A DNA stretch of 64,000 nt from Minisyncoccota bacterium (GCA_041389085.1 JAWKSL010000001.1:102765-166764); one strand, 5' to 3'; numbered from the stretch's first letter, positions 47,023 to 56,452 are shown. Notes: generated from the letters alone by a model not told the origin. Numbers and translations: made by a program.

Positions 47023-47559
47023 TTATGGAATGAAGCTTTGCATTGTTTGGAACTGCACGTCGCTTGGTGGATCGAATTGACTGTCTGATACAGCAGTTTG
47101 CTCACAGAAGTCTTTAAACCTCTCTATTTCTGCCTTTATCTCAGCTCGGCTCTGCACTCCTGCACTCATCGCATCGTCTCCTGACTCTACCTCAACCTCT
47201 GGCACTTCGAAGATAAAGCCTATCTTTTCATCTGCTTGCCAGAAGTATGCAGTCTGGTCTTTATAGATAATGTGAAACTTTTGTCCGAGCTCATCTACGG
47301 TGTCTACACGCAGACTGTCGCCTTTTATGTAGGTTACTGAACTTGCGTCTACATCTGGAAGCTCGTACTCGCAGCGCACTGAAACCTCTCCTTTAAATGC
47401 AGCTGTAATTACGTCGAAAATGTCTCCTGACATTTCTTCTGTTGCCTCTTCTGGTCCGGTTGTGTCTTTACCGCCAAGAATTGCTAATGCAATGATGGCA
47501 AGCACAACGATGATTCCAATTAGAATGTGTTTTTTCATAGTGCTTTGACTATAGCACAC
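47023..47559 (-). CDS. secreted hypothetical protein
   Basis: signal peptide. Confidence 0.45.
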   Translation of the reverse strand: MCYSQSTMKKHILIGIIVVLAIIALAILGGKDTTGPEEATEEMSGDIFDVITAAFKGEVSVRCEYELPDVDASSVTYIKGDSLRVDTVDELGQKFHIIYKDQTAYFWQADEKIGFIFEVPEVEVESGDDAMSAGVQSRAEIKAEIERFKDFCEQTAVSDSQFDPPSDVQFQTMQSFIP

Positions 47560-47849
47560 TAGAGGCTGAGTAAGTCCTGTATTTCCTCTGCGTATTCAGG
47601 GAAATACAAACTTATTTCCATAAGGCTAAACTGTGGCAAAATTCGCTCCTTGTCCTGGCGCTCTAGTAGAAACTCAAAGCTTTTTTTAATAAGAATTTCT
47701 GGCTTCACCTGAGCTGCGGTTATGTTTTCATAGTCTCGCGCAGTGAGCTCCACCTCGTGTGTGCTCGAATCGCCATCTTCTCCCACTACAACCTCGAAAA
47801 TCCAGCCTCCTGGGAGTCTATCTTTTTCTTCAATAATTATTTCTTCCAT
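47559..47849 (-). CDS. hypothetical protein
   Basis: ORF coupled to upstream gene. Confidence 0.4.
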   Translation of the reverse strand: MEEIIIEEKDRLPGGWIFEVVVGEDGDSSTHEVELTARDYENITAAQVKPEILIKKSFEFLLERQDKERILPQFSLMEISLYFPEYAEEIQDLLSL

Positions 47850-47927
47850 GATGGAAAAAATTGTAACAGAAAAAACACCCTCGTGTTAGCAGGGTGCTTT
47901 TTCTGTGGAAAACAACCAATAGCTGGT

Positions 47928-48215
47928 TTACATTCCTCCTTTGCCTTTGCACATAGTGCAGCACTTCTTGTGACTTGCAAGCTCGTAAATTGCTGAGAGA
48001 CCAACAAGGATGTATACGATGCGAGCAACCATTCCGTCCATTCCTCCAAGTACCCAGTGACCAAGCTCAGCTCCAAAGATTGCAAACAAGAGCCAGTTGA
48101 TTCCTCCGATAATAAGAAGGATGAATGTTATCATGTGTAGTTTCATAAGATTTTCAAGAATCTTTATGTGCGACCTTTCTCTACTTTCTTCATTAATTAT
48201 ACGATTTTTAGCCAT
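47928..48215 (-). CDS. DUF378 family membrane protein (true start may be internal Met near 48146)
   Basis: GGINWLLFAIFG...IVYILVGLSAIYEL motif. Confidence 0.55.
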   Translation of the reverse strand: MAKNRIINEESRERSHIKILENLMKLHMITFILLIIGGINWLLFAIFGAELGHWVLGGMDGMVARIVYILVGLSAIYELASHKKCCTMCKGKGGM

Positions 48216-48363
48216 TTTTAGGGGTTTTTTTGGGGATAAGGGCTGTAATAACCGCTCCAGATGTACGTTATACTAGTTATGAGGTTTAGAACGGTGACAG
48301 GAGGAACGTAAGTGACTCCTTCGCGGATTTTTCCGATAGGCGTTCCAAGCCTCGCTTGAAAAC

Positions 48364-48418
48364 CAGGCCCCACTGCACATTTTTATAGTGTCTAGTGGGG
48401 CCTGGTTTTTTAAATTTG
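48364..48418 (+). terminator. strong intrinsic terminator inside 5' region of TrmH-like gene
   Basis: ccaggccccact/agtggggcctgg 12 bp stem + ttttttaaa. Confidence 0.6.
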
Positions 48419-48431
48419 CTATTCTATACAC

Positions 48432-49010
48432 ATGGATAGGAAGGAGAAGATATATTCGGTAGCAAAGAATCGGCAGAGTGGAATTGTTGTTGTGCTTGAA
48501 GATGTTCACGATCCACACAATGCCGCTGCGATACTTCGTAGTTGCGATGCGTTTGGCGTACAGGATGTATATTTTATTTTTGATAAGCAAAAACCCTACA
48601 ACCCTGCTCGCGTTGGTAAGGTAAGTTCGTCTTCAGCAAACAAATGGCTGAGCTACAAACGATTTAGTAGCGCTTCGGAGTGCGCGAGCGAACTTAAGCG
48701 CGATGGCTTTACCACATTCGCCACTATCCTTGATAAGGAGGCCCGCAGCATTTTTAAAACTAAATTCTCTAAACATAAAAAGATAGCCATCTTTTTTGGT
48801 AACGAGAAAGACGGACTCTCCCCTGAGGCCATTCGCTGCTGCGATAAAAAGGTATATATACCGATGCGCGGACTTGTGCAAAGTCTTAATGTTTCCGTAA
48901 CTGCTGCACTTTTTATTTTTGAGGCAACTCGACAGCGCGGTAGCTCTTCACGTTTTAAAAGGAAAAAGAGCGATGTAGACGCTCTTTTTGACGATCTTTC
49001 CTCTCGCTAA
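48432..49010 (+). CDS. SpoU/TrmH family RNA 2'-O-methyltransferase
   Basis: VVVLEDVHDPHNAAAILRSCDAFGV. Confidence 0.8.
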   Translation: MDRKEKIYSVAKNRQSGIVVVLEDVHDPHNAAAILRSCDAFGVQDVYFIFDKQKPYNPARVGKVSSSSANKWLSYKRFSSASECASELKRDGFTTFATILDKEARSIFKTKFSKHKKIAIFFGNEKDGLSPEAIRCCDKKVYIPMRGLVQSLNVSVTAALFIFEATRQRGSSSRFKRKKSDVDALFDDLSSR

Positions 49011-50242
49011 TCTATCTTGCTCAGATCGCGATTTCTAAAGAAGTTAATTGTCCAGTCGAGCATTATTTGTAAGCGCTTTGGCCAGCTCGCAAAGTTGAAC
49101 AGATAAATTGTTCGCCACATAAACCAGGCGATAAAGCCACTGAAGTGAAACGGACCTATCTTTGCAAGCGCTTTGTGGTTTCCAAGACTTACAAGCCTTC
49201 CCTTCTCCCTATATTCAAATGGTTTTACACTCTTTCGCCCGAGGAGACTTTCAATATTTTTACCGATATATTCCCCCTGCTCTTTTGCTACCTGTGCGAG
49301 CATAGGGAGCATGCTTTCGTCGTGCCAGTGCGCACCTGCTATATCTCCAAGAACAAAAACGTCTTCCCCTGATTTTATTCTTAGATTTTTATCTACAAGG
49401 ATTCTTCCTCTTTCCGCCTCTGGCTCAGGCATAACCGAAACTGGGTTTGCCTTTACCCCTGCAGACCAAATTGTGGTGTGTGAAGGTATTTTTTGCCCAC
49501 CGCTTGTAGTAAGCGAGTCGCTCTCTACTTTTACTACTTTCGTGTTGTTTATTATGTTTACTCCAAGATTGGTGAGTATTTTCTGGGTATTTTCTTGGAA
49601 GTGGCGCTCAAAATGCTTGAGAGGAAACTCATCGCTATTTATAAGATTGAGTGTAATTTCACTCTCTTTTATTTGTGTATATTCTTTTGTAGCTGTTTCA
49701 AAAAGCCACTCCGCGAGCTCCCCTGCTAGCTCAACGCCTGTTGGCCCTGCGCCTACAATTGAAAAGCTTAAAAGTTTTTTGCGCTCATCTTCGTCGTGCT
49801 TTTGATTTGCCTCTTCGAGAACTGCGAGGATTTTATTCTTAATTATCTGCGCGTCTTTCAGAGTTTTTAGTGAAAGACAGTACTCTTGTGCTCCTTCTAT
49901 ATTGAAAAAGTTATTCACCGCACCGAGTGCAAGCACGAGCACGTCGTAGCTTATTGTTTGATGCTCGAGCTCTACAGTTTTTTCTTGTGTATTGATGCGC
50001 TTGATTGAGCTTTCAATAAACTGAGCATCATCACCAATAAGGCTTCGAATCGGTTCTATAACATGGCTTCTGTTGAGCGAGCCGGTTGCTACCTCGTGAA
50101 TGAGTGGAGTAAAGACGAAATAGTTGTTTTTATCTACTAGGGTGATGTCGAAGTTCTTCCGCACTTTTTTTGGCATACTTCGATAGGTGTAAAGACCCGC
50201 AAATCCTATGCCGAGGATAACGAGTTTTTGCTTTTGCTTCAT
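49007..50242 (-). CDS. type II NADH:quinone oxidoreductase (NDH-2) family
   Basis: two Rossmann motifs KLVILGIGFAG / SIVGAGPTGVE. Confidence 0.75.
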   Translation of the reverse strand: MKQKQKLVILGIGFAGLYTYRSMPKKVRKNFDITLVDKNNYFVFTPLIHEVATGSLNRSHVIEPIRSLIGDDAQFIESSIKRINTQEKTVELEHQTISYDVLVLALGAVNNFFNIEGAQEYCLSLKTLKDAQIIKNKILAVLEEANQKHDEDERKKLLSFSIVGAGPTGVELAGELAEWLFETATKEYTQIKESEITLNLINSDEFPLKHFERHFQENTQKILTNLGVNIINNTKVVKVESDSLTTSGGQKIPSHTTIWSAGVKANPVSVMPEPEAERGRILVDKNLRIKSGEDVFVLGDIAGAHWHDESMLPMLAQVAKEQGEYIGKNIESLLGRKSVKPFEYREKGRLVSLGNHKALAKIGPFHFSGFIAWFMWRTIYLFNFASWPKRLQIMLDWTINFFRNRDLSKID

Positions 50243-50264
50243 ATAGAGAAGGATAGCTTAGATT

Positions 50265-51726
50265 TTATTTCTTTTTTAGGTCGAGCAAATCTATCTTCCC
50301 GGTAACGCCAACCTGCTCAACAAACTCTGGAAGGTGGGATACTAGAATCATAGCCCCCTGATAGTCTTTAAGAGCCTTTGCAATTACAGGGAGGTGGCGG
50401 AAGTTTATGTGGTTTGTAGGCTCGTCGAGAATAAGGAGTCCTGGGCGCTGAAGCACTAGGCGTGCAAAGCTCAAAAGCCCCTTTTGCCCTTCTGAGAGGT
50501 AGGAAATATGGTGGCGCATAAGCTCAGAGTCGATAAGGAACGAAGCTGCTGTTGAGCGTACTTCTTCTTCTGTGCGACCTGTCGCTACATCAATAAGGCT
50601 GTCGTATACTTTCTGCTCTGGATCGAGCGTAGAGAAATCTTGTCGGTAATAACCAACTTTACTCCTCCTCTATCTTTACTCCTTTTGCCTCGTTGTTTGC
50701 TATGCGTTCAAGCCAGGTAGTTTTCCCAATACCGTTTGGACCTGAAAGAAGAATCTTTTCTTTCTTGTGCAGTCCTAGTTCGAGCTTCTTCTCTACTATC
50801 TTGTCTTTTTGAATAACGGAAACTGAGCTAATTGTTGCAATTAAACTCTCAAGACCTTCTTGCGGTGGAATTGAAAATGGGCGAATAGTTTTATCTTCGC
50901 GAGTTGCCTCTCCCATACCTTCCTCAAGCTCCTCTACTCTGTCTCTCATCTTTTTAGCAACAACACGCATCTTTCCTCCTTTTTGAGCAAAGAAGTTTGC
51001 CTTGTCTTTTCTTTCTTGAATTTCCTTTTCTGCCTTTGCTCTTTGACGACGTTCTCTGTCTTGCTTTGCTGCAATTTCATTTACTACGTCGTTGTAGTTT
51101 CCATCAAACTTTTCGAGCTTCTTTGTAAAAATATCGAGATACAAAACCCCGTCGGTAAAGGCGTTTAGGAACTCTGCATCGTGGGAAATAACCAAGCAGG
51201 TTTTTGGATACTCAACGAGAAACTGTGTAAGGTGCTTTAACCCTTCTACATCGAGGTTGTTTGTAGGCTCATCGAGCAAAAGAATATCTGGATTCTTTAT
51301 CAGTGCGCTCGCGAGCAAAATTCGCGCTTGCTGCCCTCCTGAGAGCTCTTTAAGCTTTCTGTCTGTTGGTACTTGAAGGTTTACCGCATCAAAAACCTTA
51401 GCGATACGCGGATCTATATCGTACACCTTTTCAGTAAAAAGGCTTTCGAAGTACTCCTTTATTTTCAAATCGAGCTTGTCTTTTGGAATAACCTGCTCGG
51501 CGATAGCGATGGTAGCTTTCTTATCTATAGAAACGCTCCCATCCTCTGGTTTGAGTTTGCCAGCGATAAGCTTAAAAAGAGTAGATTTTCCTGCCCCGTT
51601 TTGCCCCATAAGCACTATTTTGCTTCCTCTGCGTAAACTAAAGTTTGCCTCATTAAGAATGGGCTTATTGTGTCCGTATTCAAACGATACGTCGGTAAAT
51701 TTAAGAATTACGTTGCCGTTGCTCAT
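50265..51726 (-). pseudogene. ABC-F family ATPase with one frameshift
   Basis: first ABC module complete (50659-51726); second Walker A LSGPNGIGKTT then stop; remainder (signature LSEGQKG, Walker B) in shifted frame 50265-50661; shift within gaggaggag at ~50662-50676. Confidence 0.7.
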
Positions 51727-51796
51727 AAGCTAGCTATAAAGCCCTATTCTAGGTTAAATAACGCCTTGTTTCAAGCTTAAACAAAAAGAGCCCTTG

Positions 51797-51940
51797 CGGG
51801 CCTTTTTTATTTCTTAAACGCCTTCATGCGCTTCGCGTGGGCCTTCGCCTTCTTCTCTGCAAGCATCGTTGCTTTTGCAGCACGTCGCTTTGCAGTCTTT
51901 TTTGAGCGAGATGGAAGCTTCTTTCCTACTCCTGTTCTTC
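51797..51940 (-). CDS. small basic protein (47 aa), possibly ribosomal-protein-like
   Basis: MSKRRTGVGKKLPSRSKKTAKRRAAK...; bidirectional terminator 51778-51810. Confidence 0.3.
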
Positions 51941-51986
51941 GTTTTGACATATTACCTATAAACTTATGATTTGCCTTAGACTAGCA

Positions 51987-52289
51987 TTAAACTAATCTTA
52001 TCTCAATCGCTACCTTATCTTGATCAAAGAGCCCTTCAGCTTTTCTGACCTGTGCTTTGAGCGGGAGAAGATAAGTCCCAGACTTTTTGTCAGGGAAAAT
52101 TGAGGTACTCCACTGCGTCTTCCCTATCTTTACCTCTACTGGAAGCGAACCCCAACCACGCGCTTGGTCTTTGAAGTCTTTTTTAATTTGCTCGCTTTCC
52201 TTTTTCGGCACGCTCGCAAAATGCCAACCTCCCATACCAGGGTAGGCAAAAACTTGGGTTTTTACTTTGTACTGTTTTTTCTTCGGCAT
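51987..52289 (-). CDS. DUF1905 family protein
   Basis: GMGGWHFASVP...TQWSTSI...YLLPLKAQVRKAEG pattern. Confidence 0.6.
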   Translation of the reverse strand: MPKKKQYKVKTQVFAYPGMGGWHFASVPKKESEQIKKDFKDQARGWGSLPVEVKIGKTQWSTSIFPDKKSGTYLLPLKAQVRKAEGLFDQDKVAIEIRLV

Positions 52290-52438
52290 AGCTTTACTAC
52301 CCTTATCGCACCTACTGTAGCGACTATTACTCCGAGTAGTTGCCCGCCCGGACTATCGTCGTACTCACCGTAGACAAACATAAGTACTCCTAAAACTATA
52401 AGTAGGGCGTAGAGGAGAGCTGCTTTAAAGCCGCTCAT
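52268..52438 (-). CDS. small membrane protein (56 aa)
   Basis: two hydrophobic helices; below ORF-track cutoff. Confidence 0.3.
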
Positions 52439-52642
52439 CTATTTCTTCAAATACTTCCCTGCGATGCTGAGTGCGAATGATGGGAGTATGATGAACACGC
52501 TTATAAAGAGAAGCTCGTGAAGCCTCTGGTTTAGCACTGAAGCCCCTTCTCCATCTGGACCTCCTGCGAGGATAAGCAAAATGCCTATTATCCCAAACGC
52601 TACTGAGGCGCAAATAAATATGTTTGTTGCTATTTTTTGCAT
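52439..52642 (-). CDS. small membrane protein
   Basis: two TM helices. Confidence 0.4.
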   Translation of the reverse strand: MQKIATNIFICASVAFGIIGILLILAGGPDGEGASVLNQRLHELLFISVFIILPSFALSIAGKYLKK

Positions 52643-52694
52643 AGCTCTATATTAGCCTAATTTTGGCTTTACGTCGTGGATATTTTTTTGGTCT

Positions 52695-53291
52695 CTATGA
52701 GTCTTTTATGTCTTCAATGAGCTCTGGGAACGTTTCTTGTGTAAAATGCCCCCTATCCTCGAACCATTGAAGTTTAATGTGTGGGATATTTTTCTTATAT
52801 TTCTCCGCGTCTTGATATGGTACGGCTTCGTCGTCTTTGCTTTGGTATAGGAAAATGCGTTCTGTCTGCTCACCAAGCCCTTCTATACTTTCTCCAAGCT
52901 CAAAATCTGCAAGTGAATCCTTGCAGTGCTCTGTGTCGTATGGCGGCGCAACAAGATGGACGGATTTTATCTTCTTTGGGAATTTGTTCTCAGCTAAGTA
53001 TTTTGCGAGAAAAATGCCACCCAAAGAGTGACCAATCAGAACAACCTCGTCATTCAGTAGAGGAAAAAGTTTTTCAAACCACATCTTCCACTCAGGGTAT
53101 CGAGCGTTCTTAGCGTTTGGCATCTTAGGATAAAGAACATCAAAATCTGGAAGTACTGATTGAAGCCTATCCTTCCAGTCCCTTGCCTTTATTTTCTCTA
53201 TAGTTAGCTTGCAAGACTCCAAATACCCTAAGTATTCTTCGTAGGTCTCGAAAGTTGTACCTCCATGGATTATTACGATCTGCTGCTTCAT
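52695..53291 (-). CDS. alpha/beta hydrolase (RBBP9/YdeN-like serine hydrolase)
   Basis: GHSLGG nucleophile elbow. Confidence 0.65.
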   Translation of the reverse strand: MKQQIVIIHGGTTFETYEEYLGYLESCKLTIEKIKARDWKDRLQSVLPDFDVLYPKMPNAKNARYPEWKMWFEKLFPLLNDEVVLIGHSLGGIFLAKYLAENKFPKKIKSVHLVAPPYDTEHCKDSLADFELGESIEGLGEQTERIFLYQSKDDEAVPYQDAEKYKKNIPHIKLQWFEDRGHFTQETFPELIEDIKDS

Positions 53292-53356
53292 ATCAAAACT
53301 ATACCTAAAATGAGAAATAACGCCTTCACACGTACGTGTGAGGCGTTTATTTTAAA

Positions 53357-53678
53357 TGCTCCGCGCAGGGATCGAACCTGCGACATCTTCGTTACGCTTT
53401 ACCTACTATTACTAGTAGTGCGGACTATATCATCGTCTTTCTATTTCTAGCGAAGACGCAAGGCGCTTCCCGTTGTTACGTAGCATGCTACGTAACAGCC
53501 GAGTACTCCCTTTTCGGGATAGTCTCTGAACCTTCCTACCCAAGGGCCAAGGCTTGGCTGCTGATTGCCCAGCCTAGACTGGGTTTCCAGCAATTCACCT
53601 TGTTTTTCAATCTGCATTTCTGCGAACCTGCGACATCTTCGTTAACAGCGAAGCGTTCTACCACTGAACTACCGCGGA
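53357..53678 (-). tRNA. tRNA-Asn(GUU) gene interrupted by group I intron
   Basis: minus strand: UCCGCGG-UA-GUUCAGUGGUAGAAC-G-CUUCG-CUGUUAA-CGAAG-AUGUC-GCAGG-UUCGAUC-CCUGC-GCGGAGC-A when exons joined (near-identical D/anticodon arms to E. coli tRNA-Asn); acceptor pairing imperfect in hand fold. Confidence 0.55.
53394..53644 (-). ncRNA. group I intron (approximate bounds)
   Basis: R element GGUUCAGAGACUA (53515-53532) and S element GAUGAUAUAGUCC (53421-53433) forming P7; P9-like hairpin CUACUAGUAAUAGUAG; terminal G; 22 nt direct repeat at 53372-53393 and 53623-53644. Confidence 0.65.
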
Positions 53679-53706
53679 ATACAGGAACGATAACAAAAAA
53701 CCCTTT

Positions 53707-55170
53707 TTAGCTCAATAGCTCCTTTATTACCTCCTGAAGGGCAGCAGGGTTTGCTCTTCCCTTGAGCTCTGCCATAGACTTTCCAACGAAAAACATAAGG
53801 AGCTTGTCGTTCCCGCCTTTGTACTTTTCTACTGCGTCTTGGTTTTCTTCCATCACCTTTTGAACTGCTTGTGCGAGGGTTTGCGGGTCGGAAATTTGCT
53901 CAAGGCCCTCTGACTTCACTATTTCTCGAGGGTCTCCCCCATTCTCATACATTTTTGCAAGCACGTCTTTTGCTGCTCTACTGTTTATCGTTTCTTTTTC
54001 TACAAGTACGATAAGGTCGGCAAAGTTTTCTGCTGTTATCTTGCTTTTGTGTGGATCGGAAATTCCGTCTTGGATAAGAAGGCCCTTAAAGTCACTGGTA
54101 AGGTAGTTATAAGCAAGCTGCGCTGCGCGCACTTGGTCGTTTACTTCTTCTGTTTTTAGCTCAGATACTGCTTCTTCAAAAAAGGCAGCGATTGGACGCT
54201 CAAGCGTAAGCAAGCCTGCTTGTTCTGCGTTTAGGCCAAACTCTTTCTGTAGTCTTTCTCTCTTCTCCCATGGGAGCTCAGGCATTTCTTCCTTAAGCCG
54301 ATTGAAATCAAACTGAGCGATGTTTATCGGTGGAAGATCTGGCTCTGGGAAGTAGCGGTAGTCGGCACTTGTTTCCTTTATGCGCTGACTTACTGTTTGC
54401 TTATTTATATCGTCCCAGCCGCGAGTTTCTTGTACTACCTTTTCCCCTTCCTCAAGCACCTTTGTTTGGCGCTCTATTTCGTAGCGGGCTGCTGCTTCTG
54501 CCATCTTGAAGCTGGCTATGTTTTTAACCTCTACTTTTGTACCGAATTTAAGCTCACCATCTTCCATAGTTCCAAGGCTGAGGTTTACCTCTACACGCAT
54601 CTGGCCTTTTTCAATGTCTGCATCGGCTACGCCAAGATAGCGAAGAAGGAGCTGGAGCTCGCGTGCGAACTCTCCTATTTTTTCTGGAGACTTTATGCAT
54701 GGCTCGGTAACGAGCTCCATAAGAGGCACTCCTGCTCGGTTAAAGTCTACAAGCGTTATTTTCTCCCCTGCCTCGTTTGCTCCATGGGTAAGCTTCCCAG
54801 TGTCTTCTTCTAAGTGCACTCGAGTGATTTTTACTCCTGCAAGAAGCCCACCGAATACAAACGGTATGTCGTACTGGCTTATCTGATAGCCCTTTGGCAG
54901 GTCTGGGTAGAAGTAGTTTTTTCTATCGAACTTTGAAACTGCAGGAATTTCTCCGCCAATGGCGGTACCAATCTTAAGCATAGACTCGATAGCCTTCTGA
55001 TTCATGACCGGAAGGGCTCCTGGCTGCCCGGTGCAAACTGGACAGATGTGCTTATTTGGCTCGGTTTCGTCTGGATCGTTTAAACACGCGCAGAACATTT
55101 TTGTGCGCGTGTTGAGCTCGGCGTGAATTTCTAGCCCGATAACTGGTATGTACTTAGGACTATTTGTCAT
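53707..55170 (-). CDS. gatB: Asp-tRNA(Asn)/Glu-tRNA(Gln) amidotransferase subunit B
   Basis: YIPVIGLEIHAELNTRTKMFCAC N-terminus and GatB core. Confidence 0.9.
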   Translation of the reverse strand: MTNSPKYIPVIGLEIHAELNTRTKMFCACLNDPDETEPNKHICPVCTGQPGALPVMNQKAIESMLKIGTAIGGEIPAVSKFDRKNYFYPDLPKGYQISQYDIPFVFGGLLAGVKITRVHLEEDTGKLTHGANEAGEKITLVDFNRAGVPLMELVTEPCIKSPEKIGEFARELQLLLRYLGVADADIEKGQMRVEVNLSLGTMEDGELKFGTKVEVKNIASFKMAEAAARYEIERQTKVLEEGEKVVQETRGWDDINKQTVSQRIKETSADYRYFPEPDLPPINIAQFDFNRLKEEMPELPWEKRERLQKEFGLNAEQAGLLTLERPIAAFFEEAVSELKTEEVNDQVRAAQLAYNYLTSDFKGLLIQDGISDPHKSKITAENFADLIVLVEKETINSRAAKDVLAKMYENGGDPREIVKSEGLEQISDPQTLAQAVQKVMEENQDAVEKYKGGNDKLLMFFVGKSMAELKGRANPAALQEVIKELLS

Positions 55171-55195
55171 TTGTTTACTTTATCTTTTTAGTAAG

Positions 55196-55415
55196 TATAA
55201 TGGCACTAGCGGTTCGATGATGCAATAAGCGGTTTCTTGCCGAACCTAGCCCTTGTCGCGGAGTACAGCTGTGCGAAACTTTCTTTGTCGCATCTTCGGC
55301 ATCTGCCGAGACTGTCAGCAGAACAGCCATTGCGGTGGCTGCACCTGCTGCCGGACCTGACCGTCCGATCAACTCTCCCGTGCTATCAACTCGTATAGCG
55401 CGGGAGCTCTTTTTT
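55196..55415 (+). ncRNA. candidate ~200 nt noncoding transcript antisense to gatB leader
   Basis: TATAAT at 55196-55201 with TTTACT 16 nt upstream; terminator ctcccgtgc..gcgcgggag + tcttttttt at 55376-55415; no RBS-supported + ORF; strong internal hairpins. Confidence 0.25.
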
Positions 55416-55929
55416 TAAGAATCTCTATATTTCTTCTGTGCCAACCTAGCTCCCTTTGCCACTTCTTTGAGAGTCTAAAATTTAGCAATTTTCTTTCAAT
55501 TTTTGTAAGCGGGATGCCCTCTTTTTCTATTGAATGCCCGCTTACAAACGCGCTCACTGCTGATTTTGGATACCCCATTAGCTCTCCGACCTCCCTTTTT
55601 CTTATTGTTGCGTCTCCACTCCTCTCTGCCCTCTCTATTTTTTTTAGCGTCCTGCGAGTCTTTGCTACCTCACTGAATACCGTTAAATCACTGTCTTTGA
55701 TTGGGTAATTTATCCTTGGGTTGATGATTAGTTTATTCGCCTTTAGGTATTCTTCAAATTTTCTTATTCGTTCCCTGAAATCCTTCTCTGCTATTCCCTT
55801 TTCTTTACGATATGAAATTTCTACTAGGGCAGCTTTTTTTCTTCCACTCTTAAGCAAAACCAAATCTACTAACTCGCTTAAGCATAAAATGTCTTGAAAA
55901 TTTTCGATGCCCTCTAATATTCTTTTCAT
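55369..55929 (-). CDS. hypothetical protein
   Basis: start set at MKRILEG (55929). Confidence 0.45.
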   Translation of the reverse strand: MKRILEGIENFQDILCLSELVDLVLLKSGRKKAALVEISYRKEKGIAEKDFRERIRKFEEYLKANKLIINPRINYPIKDSDLTVFSEVAKTRRTLKKIERAERSGDATIRKREVGELMGYPKSAVSAFVSGHSIEKEGIPLTKIERKLLNFRLSKKWQRELGWHRRNIEILKKRAPALYELIARES

Positions 55930-55964
55930 ATGCAGAGGATAGCGCAGGGGCCTAAAAAGTGAAA

Positions 55965-55993
55965 GGCGCCGGCACACATGGTGTGACGGCGCC
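55965..55993 (-). repeat. palindromic repeat copy 1 (ggcgccggcacacatggtgtgacggcgcc)
   Basis: three near-identical copies with aaaagt(c/g)aaa flank. Confidence 0.75.
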
Positions 55994-56004
55994 CTCGCTG
56001 GCCC

Positions 56005-56334
56005 CTAGAGGGGCTCGTCTGACCTGCGCACGAAGACAAGCAGGTCGACCTCCTTGTCTGCTCCTTCGACCTCGATGACGTCGTAGAGTCGGTGCACCTC
56101 ATTGGTCTTCTGCGGAATCCTCTCGAAAGCATCGATGAATTTCTGATCGATCTTGCAGTCTTCGAAAATCCTCTCTTCGTCGTTCATCGCGACGAAGATC
56201 TGGACAGCATCGAGGAAGCTATCCCTCGTATCCTCGAACCGCCTCCCTGAGACGGCGTAGTTGAGGTTGAGAGCGACCGCGCTCCACAGCCCATCTTCAT
56301 CGGGACAAATCAGGACCCTTACTTCTCTTTGCAT
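56005..56334 (-). CDS. HicB-like/DUF1902-like small protein (island J)
   Basis: LICPDEDGLWSAVALNLNYAVSG...DSFLDAV pattern resembles HicB N-domain; paralog of 56759..57085. Confidence 0.4.
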   Translation of the reverse strand: MQREVRVLICPDEDGLWSAVALNLNYAVSGRRFEDTRDSFLDAVQIFVAMNDEERIFEDCKIDQKFIDAFERIPQKTNEVHRLYDVIEVEGADKEVDLLVFVRRSDEPL

Positions 56335-56398
56335 TCTAATCCTCTCTTTTGCGACGAAGGGTCCTTACAGGCTAGGCTTTTGACTAAAAAAAGTCAAA

Positions 56399-56427
56399 GG
56401 CGCCGACACACATGGTGTGCCGGCGCC
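56399..56427 (-). repeat. palindromic repeat copy 2
   Basis: ggcgccgacacacatggtgtgccggcgcc. Confidence 0.75.
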
Positions 56428-56452
56428 CTATGAGTTTGTTAGCTTGAGCACG

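Noticed and set aside
55330-55370. 12 nt identity (GGTCAGGTCCGG, minus strand) to the E. coli 4.5S/SRP RNA helix 8 motif as recalled from memory
   Set aside because: The flanking sequence does not reproduce the helix 8 tetraloop and loops, and a competing strong local hairpin dominates. GC-rich context makes chance matches more likely. Kept only as a prompt to run Rfam.
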